DNA of 9,341 nucleotides from a virus (Duplodnaviria; Heunggongvirae; Uroviricota; Caudoviricetes): IMG/VR virus record IMGVR_UViG_2913147268_000001, positions 1 to 9,341 of that record; one strand, 5' to 3'. Shown piece by piece: positions 1 to 7,346 of this stretch (position 1 is its first letter; each line of letters starts with the position of its first letter). The notes under the pieces were generated by a model. It saw only the letters and a program-made list of their open reading frames with translations, ran no database searches and was not told where the DNA came from. The position numbers and the translations under genes were made by a program.

Positions 1-768
1 CTACGTGCGTTTTTCCGGGTCATAGTTTGACGGCACCTGGATGATGCGACCGCGGATATGGTAGTTCACCGTCATCTGCTGGCCGCCGAACTGCTCCGCA
101 TCCACCTGCAGCCCCACAATGGCCGTGTTCGGGTAGCACTGTTTCACATCGATGATTTCGGTGTATGACGACCACAGCGTCTTATTCTGCAGCTGGTCCG
201 TGGTGCTGTCCGCCGTCTCCCTGACCATCCGGATGTTAAAGGGCCGGGGAGGCAGATTATCCAGAATCACCGAGGCCAGGAACTGTGAGGTGGTCTTGCC
301 GTTAATGGTGACGTCCTTTTCTGTCACCCAGTTACCGTTACGCTGTAACTGAATCAGCAGGCGGACGGATGCCGGGTTACGGTCACCCTTTGAGGTGGTC
401 TCCACCAGTGACTGCACCCCGAAGGTAACCCGCAGGCGGTCAATGTTCGCGGACGTAATGGTGCGCGTCACCGGTTTTGCCTTCGTCACTTCCACGCCCA
501 GTCCGGTTTCAGCTCCGGAGGACTCAAAGCCTTCCGGTGGTGTCTGCTCCTGCTCCCCGGCGCGCCAGACCGCCGTCACACCGTGTATCACGGGATTGCC
601 GTCCGTGTCCGTCAGTGGGGTTTTGTTCACCAGAATACTCTGCAGTCCCTTCACCGGACCTTCTATCGGTCCCTCACCAATCGCATCAATCACACTCATC
701 ATCTGCGTGGATTTGAGATTATCCTTCGCCTCACGAGGCGTGTGTGCCTTACCGCCACCTTTTCCCAT
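1..768 (-). pseudogene. J: Host specificity protein J (tail tip), N-terminal 255-codon fragment, divergent allele
   Basis: Minus-strand ORF MGKGGGKAHTPREAKDNLKSTQMMSVIDAIGEGPIEGPVKG... is collinear with lambda gpJ residues 1-255 but clearly divergent from the lambda-identical J N-terminus at 6769-6930. ATG at 766-768; in-frame TAG at 1-3 where full-length J would continue. Sequence upstream of the ATG (769 onward) is not gene I. Confidence 0.8.
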
Positions 769-871
769 ACAGCCTTCCCCTGAATAAATTAACCGCCACT
801 TGCCATTCCGTACAGAAGTCGGATATCCTTCGCCCGAAAAGCATGAAACACATTTCTGCCATGCTAAAGAG

Positions 872-906
872 AAACCCCGGTATCAGCAGATACCGGGGTT
901 TTCTTT
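872..906 (+). terminator. Intrinsic terminator-like hairpin, possibly bidirectional
   Basis: 9-bp perfect stem CCCCGGTAT(875-883)/ATACCGGGG(890-898), 6-nt loop, then TTTTCTTT on the plus strand; the flanking AAA gives a weaker U-tract on the minus strand. Confidence 0.5.
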
Positions 907-978
907 CATGCCCACCGATAATCCTGTTGGTTAAAACCGGTAATGGCATAAAAATTCTGAATATCTTCACATTTTCAC

Positions 979-2235
979 ATACAGTTTGAGTTCTGGTTCT
1001 CGGAAAAGCGGATTGCGGATATCAGGCAGGTTGAAACCGCAGCCCGCTATCTTGGCTCGGCGCTGTACTGGATAGCTGCCAGTATCAATATCAAACCGGG
1101 CCATGATTATTATTTTTATATCCGCAGTGTGAATACTGTTGGCAAATCGGCATTCGTGGAGGCTGTCGGTCGGGCGAGCGATGATGCGGAAGGTTACCTG
1201 GATTTTTTCAAAGGAGAAATCGGGAAAACACATCTGGCCCAGGAGCTGTGGACGCAGATTGATAACGGTCAGCTTGCGCCGGACCTGGCTGAAATCAGGA
1301 CGTCCATTACGAATGTCAGCAATGAAATCACGCAGACCGTCAATAAAAAACTGGAAAATCAGAGTGCGGCAATCCAGCAGATACAGAAAGTTCAGGTTGA
1401 TACAAATAATAACCTGAACAGCATGTGGGCCGTGAAACTGCAGCAGATGCAGGACGGACGCCTTTATATTGCGGGTATCGGTGCCGGTATTGAGAATACG
1501 CCAGCAGGAATGCAGAGTCAGGTGCTGCTGGCGGCAGACAGGATTGCGATGATTAATCCTGCGAATGGCAACACAAAGCCGATGTTTGTTGGTCAGGGCG
1601 ATCAGATATTTATGAATGAAGTGTTCCTGAAATATCTGACGGCTCCCACCATTACCAGCGGCGGTAATCCTCCGGCATTTTCCCTGACACCGGACGGGCG
1701 GCTGACGGCGAAAAATGCCGATATCAGCGGTAACGTGAATGCGAACTCCGGGACGCTCAACAACGTCACGATTAACGAGAACTGTCGGGTTCTGGGAAAA
1801 TTGTCCGCGAACCAGATTGAAGGCGATCTCGTTAAAACAGTGGGCAAAGCTTTCCCCCGGGACTCCCGTGCACCGGAGCGGTGGCCATCAGGAACCATTA
1901 CCGTCAGGGTTTATGACGATCAGCCGTTTGACCGGCAGATTGTTATTCCGGCGGTGGCATTCAGCGGCGCTAAACATGAGAAAGAGCATACTGATATTTA
2001 CTCCTCATGCCGTCTGATAGTGCGGAAAAACGGTGCTGAAATTTATAACCGTACCGCGCTGGATAATACGCTGATTTACAGTGGTGTTATTGATATGCCT
2101 GCCGGTCACGGTCACATGACACTGGAGTTTTCGGTGTCAGCATGGCTGGTAAATAACTGGTATCCCACAGCAAGTATCAGCGATTTGCTGGTTGTGGTGA
2201 TGAAGAAAGCCACTGCAGGCATCACGATTAGCTGA
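979..2235 (+). pseudogene. J: Host specificity protein J, C-terminal fragment (roughly lambda aa 781 to end), lacks N-terminal ~780 aa
   Basis: Frame opens at 961 with no plausible start. Translation [79 protein letters not shown] is near-identical to lambda gpJ, then continues as a divergent C-terminal domain ending ...[14 protein letters not shown]; TGA at 2233-2235. Confidence 0.85.
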
Positions 2236-2253
2236 ATTTTATAACCCAGATAC

Positions 2254-2280
2254 GGGCGCCAGAAATGGCGCCTTTTTTAT
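2254..2280 (+). terminator. Rho-independent terminator downstream of J
   Basis: 7-bp stem GGCGCCA(2255-2261)/TGGCGCC(2266-2272) with GAAA tetraloop, followed by TTTTTT (2273-2278). Confidence 0.6.
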
Positions 2281-2302
2281 TGCAGAAAAGCGAGAGGTAA
2301 TT

Positions 2303-2682
2303 ATGCGTAAATTATGTGCTGTTATTTTGTCCGCAGTAGTCTGGCAGGTCGCCGCTGCTACGCCAGCGAGTGCAGCAGAACATCAGTCCACGCTGAGCGC
2401 GGGGTATCTCCATGCCTCGACGAACGTTCCCGGTAGTGATGATCTGAACGGGATTAACGTGAAATACCGTTATGAGTTTACGGACGCGCTGGGGCTGATT
2501 ACGTCCTTCAGTTATGCCAATGCTGAGGATGAGCAAAAAACGCGCTACAGCGATACCCGCTGGCATGAAGATTCCGTGCGTAACCGCTGGTTCAGCGTGA
2601 TGGCGGGGCCGTCTGTACGCGTGAATGAATGGTTCAGCGCGTATGCGATGGCGGGTGTGGCTTACAGCCGTGTGTCGACTTT
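2303..2682 (+). pseudogene. lom: Outer membrane protein Lom (Ail/Lom family), N-terminal ~127 codons
   Basis: RBS GAGAGG 5 nt upstream of ATG 2303. Signal peptide MRKLCAVILSAVVWQVAAATPASA followed by ...GINVKYRYEFTDALG...RNRWFSVMAGP...EWFSAYAMAGVAYSRVST matches Lom. Homology stops at 2682, where the sequence switches to an stf fragment. Confidence 0.8.
2627..2682. repeat. 56-bp lom-internal segment, left copy of an inverted repeat (partner 7567-7622)
   Basis: GAATGGTTCAGCGCGTATGCGATGGCGGGTGTGGCTTACAGCCGTGTGTCGACTTT is present here and as an exact reverse complement at 7567-7622. Flanking sequence differs on both sides of each copy. Confidence 0.9.
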
Positions 2683-2683
2683 G

Positions 2684-3180
2684 GGCAGGCCTCAGCCAGT
2701 GCCACCGCCGCCGGAAAATCGGCAGAAAGCGCCGCATCGTCTGCTTCAACAGCCACAACGAAGGCTGGCGAAGCCACTGAACAGGCCAGCGCAGCAGCGA
2801 GGTCTGCTTCCGCAGCGAAGACATCCGAAACGAACGCGAAAGCGTCGGAAACCAGCGCAGAATCCTCAAAAACGGCTGCCGCATCGTCAGCCAGTTCGGC
2901 GTCGTCATCGGCATCATCTGCGTCTGCTTCAAAAGATGAGGCGACCAGACAGGCGTCATCGGCATCATCTGCGTCTGCTTCAAAAGATGAGGCGACCAGA
3001 CAGGCGTCAGCAGCGAAGGGTAGCGCCACGACGGCATCCACGAAGGCGACAGAGGCTGCTGGTAGTGCGACGGCTGCAGCTCAGAGCAAAAGTACGGCGG
3101 AATCTGCAGCAACGCGCGCTGAGACAGCGGCAAAACGGGCAGAGGATATTGCATCCGCCGTGGCGCTTGAGGATGCGAGC
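2684..3180 (+). pseudogene. stf: Side tail fibre protein Stf, internal Ala/Ser/Thr-rich fragment
   Basis: Frame-1 translation ...AAKTSETNAKASETSAESSKTAAASSASS...STKATEAAGSATAAAQSKSTAESAATRAETAAKRAEDIASAVALEDA resembles the N-terminal repeat region of lambda Stf. No start codon of its own; joined to lom on the left and L on the right. Confidence 0.65.
2904..3005. repeat. Perfect 2 x 51-bp direct tandem repeat inside the stf fragment
   Basis: GTCATCGGCATCATCTGCGTCTGCTTCAAAAGATGAGGCGACCAGACAGGC occurs at 2904-2954 and again at 2955-3005 with no mismatch, encoding a 17-aa unit SSASSASASKDEATRQA twice. Confidence 0.9.
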
Positions 3181-3668
3181 AGGGCAGCAGTGCCAGACCG
3201 TCGCTGACGGTGTCCAATCTGTTCGGTCTGGTCACCGGGATGGCGGAAGACCTGCAGAGTCTGGTGGGGGCCACGGTGGTCCGCCGCCGGGTGTATGCCC
3301 GTTTTCTGGATGCGGTGAATTTCGTTGCGGGCAATCCGGAGGCGGACCCGGAGCAGGAGCTGAGTGACCGCTGGGTGGTGGAGCAGATGTCGCAGCTGAC
3401 AGCCATGACGGCCTCGTTTGTGCTGGCTACACCGACCGAGACGGATGGGGCGCTGTTTCCCGGTCGCATCATGCTGGCGAACACCTGTATGTGGGATTAC
3501 CGGGGAGATGAATGCGGGTATAACGGTCCTGCGGTGGCGGATGAGTTCGACAACCCCACCACGGATATCCGTAAGGACAGATGCAGCAAGTGCATGCGCG
3601 GGTGTGAACTGCGCAGGAATGTCGGCAATTTTGGCGGTTTCCTTTCCATTAATAAACTTTCGCAGTAA
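3171..3668 (+). pseudogene. L: Minor tail protein L, C-terminal fragment (roughly lambda aa 75-232)
   Basis: Translation ...RPSLTVSNLFGLVTGMAEDLQSLVGATVVRRRVYARFLDAVNFV...GDECGYNGPAVADEF...NVGNFGGFLSINKLSQ closely matches the lambda gpL C-terminus. In-frame stop at 3168-3170 and no N-terminal ~75 codons. TAA at 3666-3668. Confidence 0.8.
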
Positions 3669-3678
3669 ATCCCGGTTT

Positions 3679-4422
3679 ATGACACAGACTGAATCAGCGA
3701 TTCTGGCGCATGCCCGGCGGTGTGCGCCTGCGGAGTCGTGCGGCTTCGTGATAAGCACGCCGGAGGGGGAGTGGTATATCCCTTGTGTGAATATTTCTGC
3801 AGAGCCGGAGGCGTATTTTCGTATCGCACCGGAAGACTGGCTGCGGGCAGAGATGCAGGGGGAGATTGTGGCACTGGTCCACAGTCATCCCGGTGGGCTG
3901 CCCTGGCTGAGCGAGGCTGACCGGCGGCTGCAGATAAAAAGCGCACTGCCCTGGTGGCTGGTCTGCCGGGGTGACATTCACAAATTCCGCTGTGTGCCAC
4001 ATCTGACAGGACGGCGCTTTGAGCACGGGGTGACGGACTGTTACACGCTGTTCCGGGATGCTTATCATCTGGCGGGGACTGAAATGCCGGATTTTCATCG
4101 CGAGGATGACTGGTGGCGCAACGGTCAGAACCTTTACCTGGACAATATGGCGGTCACCGGCTTTTACCGGGTGCCCCTGTCCTCTGCACAGGCGGGCGAT
4201 ATTCTGCTGTGCTGCTTTGGTGCTTCGGTACCGAACCATGCCGCCATTTACTGCGGCAACGGTGAGCTGCTTCACCATCTGCCTGAACAACTGAGTAAAC
4301 GGGAGAGGTATTCCGAAAAATGGCAACGACGAACGCATTCTGTCTGGCGTCACCGCCACTGGCACGCATCTGCCTTCACGGGGATTTACAACGATTTGGC
4401 CGCCGCCTCAGCCTGTATGTGA
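3679..4422 (+). CDS. K: Tail assembly protein K (JAB/MPN plus NlpC/P60 domains), apparently full length
   Basis: ATG 3679, 247 codons, TGA 4420-4422. MTQTESAILAHARRCAPAESCGFVISTPEGEWYIPCVNIS... is collinear with lambda gpK. JAMM-type motif HSHPGGLPWLSEAD is present. Native neighbours: L upstream, I overlapping downstream. Confidence 0.9.
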   Translation: MTQTESAILAHARRCAPAESCGFVISTPEGEWYIPCVNISAEPEAYFRIAPEDWLRAEMQGEIVALVHSHPGGLPWLSEADRRLQIKSALPWWLVCRGDIHKFRCVPHLTGRRFEHGVTDCYTLFRDAYHLAGTEMPDFHREDDWWRNGQNLYLDNMAVTGFYRVPLSSAQAGDILLCCFGASVPNHAAIYCGNGELLHHLPEQLSKRERYSEKWQRRTHSVWRHRHWHASAFTGIYNDLAAASACM

Positions 4423-4706
4423 ACACGGCAGCGGAAGCCATCCGGGCGCTGTCGTTACAGGTGCCGGGCTTTCGCCGTCAGATGAACGAAGGCTGGTACC
4501 AGATACGTATTGCCGGTTATGACACGGCACCGGAGGCGGTGTACGCCCGTCTTCACGAACAGCTGGGTGAGGGAACGGTCATCCATATTGTGCCGCGACT
4601 GGCCGGGGCCGGAAAGGGTGGACTGCAGATTGTGCTGGGGGCGGCAGCCATCGTGGGCTCTTTCTTCACTGCCGGAGAAGGGGTTGTATTTGTAGGTCAT
4701 GGTTAA
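4320..4706 (+). pseudogene. I: Tail assembly protein I, N-terminal ~117 codons with unrelated 9-aa tail
   Basis: ATG 4320 overlaps the K 3' end as in lambda. MATTNAFCLASPPLARICLHGDLQRFGRRLSLYVNTAAEAIRAL...IVLGAAAIVGSFFTAG matches gpI, then diverges (EGVVFVGHG) into a stop at 4704-4706. The C-terminal ~100 aa of gpI are absent. Confidence 0.8.
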
Positions 4707-4832
4707 ATCTCCGTATGGTTCATACGGAATAGCCACGTCGTAAAAAATACGCAGAGTCCCTGAAGTGACCTCCGGCAGGACACTGTCTCAGGCACTCTGT
4801 GATAACCCGAACGGTCGTCTCCGGACTGACGA

Positions 4833-4860
4833 TTGAATTCCCGGCGTTGTTTTTTTTAAT
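4833..4860 (+). promoter_or_regulatory. Putative sigma70-like promoter
   Basis: TTGAAT (4833-4838), 16-nt spacer, TTTAAT (4855-4860); sits about 40 nt upstream of the RBS and GTG of ORF 4903-5181. Pattern match only. Confidence 0.3.
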
Positions 4861-4902
4861 GTAAAAAACCGGTTACGGATAAGGCGTGGCGAGGGAGCTA
4901 TC

Positions 4903-5181
4903 GTGATACGCAAAAAGAAGTGCAGGGACTGTGGTAACGCAATTACTCATAATACGGGATCACTGGCCGGGATGATTAAACAGGCGTGGTGCAGTGCCCT
5001 GGGAGTGGATGTCGGGTGCCATGCCACGCTGGTGCATTTTCCGGCCTGGCCGGCGGTGTGGCTGGAACGCGATGATGACACTGGCTTTCAGCAGGTGCTG
5101 GAACGTGCTGACTATCTGGCGAAGGAACATACCAAAGCTCACTGCACCGGTGAGCGCAATTTTGGCTGTAGCCGGAGTTGA
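4903..5181 (+). CDS. Hypothetical small protein (92 aa) with N-terminal CxxC motif, in unassigned segment
   Basis: GTG start preceded by GGGAG (4893-4897) with 5-nt spacer. Translation MIRKKKCRDCGNAITHNTGSL...; no family recognised. Sits in a segment whose origin I cannot assign. Confidence 0.3.
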   Translation: MIRKKKCRDCGNAITHNTGSLAGMIKQAWCSALGVDVGCHATLVHFPAWPAVWLERDDDTGFQQVLERADYLAKEHTKAHCTGERNFGCSRS

Positions 5182-5545
5182 GCACGACTGGCGCGCCAAT
5201 ACCCGGCAAACCAAAAGTATGGGTTGTTGTCTGGCGGCAACGATGTATCCACTCGCCCACTGACTGTTTTTTACGTCAGTGTTCCATTGTGTGACAACCA
5301 CAGTGCTGTAACAGCAACCAGCCTGCTTTACCCAAACTCCAGTCCAGATTTTAACTGAACCGCCATTCACACCCTGACCACGCTGCCCGTACCGGGACGG
5401 CTGTTGCCTGCGTGTCGTCTGGCGGCTGAGGAATATGACTATGTACGCAAAATCCTTTATCGCTCTTGATGGCAACGGACGTCTGACGGGCGCCCGTACT
5501 GCACAGGCCGCACCTTATGCTCACTACACCTGCCACTTGTGTGGC

Positions 5546-5762
5546 AGTGCACTCAGATTGGTATCCCGTTACGATTCTCTGCGTAACCCACTGACTTCTC
5601 TGGGGGATTACCTCGACCCCGAACACATCTCTCGTTGCCTTGCCGAATCAGGTACTGTAACGCTACGCAAGCGCCGTCTTCCCCTCGAAATGATGGTCTG
5701 GTGTATTGTTGGCATGGCGCTTGAGCGTAAAGAACCTCTTCACCAGATTGTGAATCGCCTGG
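5546..5762 (+). mobile_element. IS4 transposase gene fragment, N-terminal portion (roughly aa 5-80)
   Basis: Translation ...LVSRYDSLRNPLTSLGDYLDPEHISRCLAESGTVTLRKRRLPLEMMVWCIVGMALERKEPLHQIVNRL matches IS4 transposase (InsG); homology ends after NRL at 5762. Confidence 0.75.
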
Positions 5763-6024
5763 AGTGTTATCGCCGGTTTGTTCTATAAGTTGCTCAGCAA
5801 GCTCATTTTCGCTGTTCTTCATCGTGCCGAAGGCTGCAGCCGTCAGCAGATGGCTGGTCAGTTCCATCTGGCAGACCATTTTGACCTGCAGGTAGAGCGC
5901 CGGGTTCCCGGCATGTGTCTGGCGGGGGAAGGCTGCATCGTTCTCTGGTGTATCCGGTGTGCGCCAGAACACACCATCGATGGCCAGCAGGGTCAGGCCG
6001 CACCAGTGCGGATGCGGCGTGGCA
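5763..6024 (-). mobile_element. IS4 transposase gene fragment, internal portion (roughly aa 130-220), inverted relative to 5546-5762
   Basis: Minus-strand translation [87 protein letters not shown] matches IS4 transposase. It abuts the plus-strand IS4 fragment head-to-head at 5762/5763. Confidence 0.75.
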
Positions 6025-6156
6025 TATCACCACGTCAAAGGGTGACAGCAGGCTCATAAGACGCCCCAGCGTCGCCATAGTGCGTTCACCGAATACGTGC
6101 GCAACAACCGTCTTCCGGAGACTGTCATACGCGTAAAACAGCCAGCGCTGGCGCGA
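6025..6156 (-). mobile_element. insB: IS1 fragment (insB internal; [15 protein letters not shown]...SPFDVVI)
   Basis: Reverse complement reads TCGCGCCAGCGCTGGCTGTTTTACGCGTATGACAGTCTCCGGAAGACGG...GTGGTGATA, matching IS1 insB. Overlaps in IS1 coordinates with the next fragment by 54 bp. Confidence 0.8.
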
Positions 6157-6315
6157 CAGATTCAGGTTATGCCGCTCAATTCGCTGCGTATATCGCTTGC
6201 TGATTACGTGCAGCTTTCCCTTCAGGCGGGATTCATACAGCGGCCAGCCATCCGTCATCCATATCACCACGTCAAAGGGTGACAGCAGGCTCATAAGACG
6301 CCCCAGCGTCGCCAT
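6157..6315 (-). mobile_element. insB: IS1 fragment (insB internal; [53 protein letters not shown])
   Basis: Reverse complement begins exactly at ATGGCGACGCTGGGGCGTCTTATGAGCC... (IS1 insB) and runs to ...CATAACCTGAATCTG. Same strand as 6025-6156 but not collinear with it; the two share 54 bp. Confidence 0.8.
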
Positions 6316-6512
6316 CCCGGTACGCACCAGAAAATCATTGATATGGCCATGAATGGCGTTGGATGCCGGGCAACAGCCCGCATTATGGGCGTTGGCCTCA
6401 ACACGATTTTACGTCACTTAAAAAACTCAGGCCGCAGTCGGTAACCTCGCGCATACAGCCGGGCAGTGACGTCATCGTCTGCGCGGAAATGGACGAACAG
6501 TGGGGCTATGTC
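6316..6512 (+). mobile_element. insA: IS1 fragment (insA 3' end, frameshift window, insB 5' end)
   Basis: CCCGGTACGCACCAGAAAATCATTGATATGGCCATGAATGGCG...GGGGCTATGTCG matches IS1; encodes [42 protein letters not shown] and [50 protein letters not shown]. Opposite strand to the other two IS1 pieces. Confidence 0.85.
6418..6428 (+). promoter_or_regulatory. IS1 programmed -1 ribosomal frameshift motif (A6C), retained in the fragment
   Basis: TTAAAAAACTC with the A-AAA-AAC slippery run at the insA/insB overlap; without a complete insB it cannot be functional here. Confidence 0.6.
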
Positions 6513-6768
6513 GATGCTGACCCATCCGCGCTACGGCATGGGGAAACGTCTTGGTGCGGCGGATGTGGATAAATGGGCGCTGTATGTCATCGGCCAGTAC
6601 TGCGACCAGTCGGTGCCGGACGGCTTTGGCGGCACGGAGCCGCGCATTACCTGTAATGCGTACCTGACCACACAGCGCAAGGCGTGGGATGTGCTCAGTG
6701 ATTTCTGCTCGGCGATGCGCTGTATGCCGGTATGGAACGGGCAGACGCTGACGTTCGTGCAGGACCGT
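6513..6768 (+). pseudogene. J: J internal fragment (roughly lambda aa 305-390), lambda-like allele
   Basis: MLTHPRYGMGKRLGAADVDKWALYVIGQYCDQSVPDGFGGTEPRITCNAYLTTQRKAWDVLSDFCSAMRCMPVWNGQTLTFVQDR, flanked by IS1 on the left and an inverted J N-terminus on the right. Confidence 0.85.
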
Positions 6769-6930
6769 GTCCAGCACCGGCGTACTGTTCAGCAGCACGC
6801 TTTTTAATCCATCCACCGGACCTTCAACCGGCCCTTCGCTGATGGCATCGATCACACTCAGCAGCTGCGTGGACTTCAGGTTGTCCTTCGCTTCGCGCGG
6901 GGTATGCCCCTTACTGCTGCCTTTACCCAT
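6769..6930 (-). pseudogene. J: J N-terminal fragment (aa 1-54), lambda-like allele
   Basis: Reverse complement ATGGGTAAAGGCAGCAGTAAGGGGCATACCCCGCGCGAAGCGAAGGAC... encodes MGKGSSKGHTPREAKDNLKSTQLLSVIDAISEGPVEGPVDGLKSVLLNSTPVLD, essentially lambda J. The ORF then reads into the antisense of 6513-6768. Confidence 0.85.
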
Positions 6931-7160
6931 TCACCGAAGCCGGTCTGCGCGCCGGCTGACCCGTCATCGTTAAACTATCATTCACCGATTTTCTGTGAGG
7001 ATTTTATCGTGTCAGACACACTTTCCGGGACAACGCATCCCGATGACAATGACGACCATCCCTGGTGGGGACTACCCTGCACAGTGACGCCCTGTTTCGG
7101 CGCCCGTCTGGTGCAGGAGGGTAACCGGTTGCATTACCTTGCCGACCGTGCCGGTATCAG

Positions 7161-7196
7161 GCCATCTTTAAGCACGCCAGAAATTTTTACTGTCAT
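7161..7196 (-). pseudogene. stf: Side tail fibre gene start, first 12 codons only (MTVKISGVLKDG)
   Basis: Minus-strand ATG (7194-7196) followed by a translation matching the lambda Stf start MAVKISGVLKDG, in native position downstream of lom; a stop follows after 8 unrelated codons. Confidence 0.5.
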
Positions 7197-7210
7197 ACTT
7201 TTCCACCAAT

Positions 7211-7241
7211 AAAAAAGCCCGCAGCAGTGACGCCACGGGCT
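7211..7241 (-). terminator. Putative terminator hairpin downstream of lom (minus strand)
   Basis: 6-bp stem AGCCCG/CGGGCT with a 14-nt loop, followed on the minus strand by TTTTTTATT; about 100 nt after the lom stop. The loop is large, so this is weak. Confidence 0.4.
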
Positions 7242-7346
7242 TCAGGACAGTGTAACTTTACGTTTCCTCAAACGCAGTTCACCCCATAAGGTGGATGAAC
7301 CTGCGTATCATAACAATATTTACAGAAGATAAATCGGCGTCTGTTG

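Noticed and set aside
744-989. 81-codon plus-strand ORF
   Set aside because: Reads straight through the 872-906 terminator hairpin and overlaps both J fragments; no RBS.
2904-3005. CRISPR-like array
   Set aside because: Only two contiguous identical 51-bp units with no spacers, lying inside a coding repeat region of stf.
2312-3484. 390-codon minus-strand ORF, the longest ORF in the window
   Set aside because: Antisense to the lom N-terminus and the Ala/Ser-rich stf fragment; low-complexity Arg/Pro/Ser-rich translation with no recognisable domain. GC-rich repetitive coding DNA commonly gives long spurious antisense frames.
3418-3678. N-terminal extension of the K ORF back to 3418
   Set aside because: The extension overlaps the L C-terminus in another frame. 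gpK homology begins at MTQTESAIL, so ATG 3679 is the start.
3081-4365. Minus-strand ORFs 3081-3758 (225 aa) and 3694-4365 (223 aa)
   Set aside because: Both are antisense to the well-supported L and K reading frames and have no homology or start-site context.
4711-4727. Hairpin CCGTATG-GTT-CATACGG just after the gpI fragment stop
   Set aside because: Perfect 7-bp stem but no U-tract on either strand, so not a convincing intrinsic terminator. The hairpin at 5258-5281 is rejected for the same reason.
6472-6930. 152-codon minus-strand ORF starting MGKGSSKGHTPREAKD
   Set aside because: Only the first 54 codons are J; the rest is antisense read-through of the plus-strand J fragment at 6513-6768. 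It is a junction artefact.
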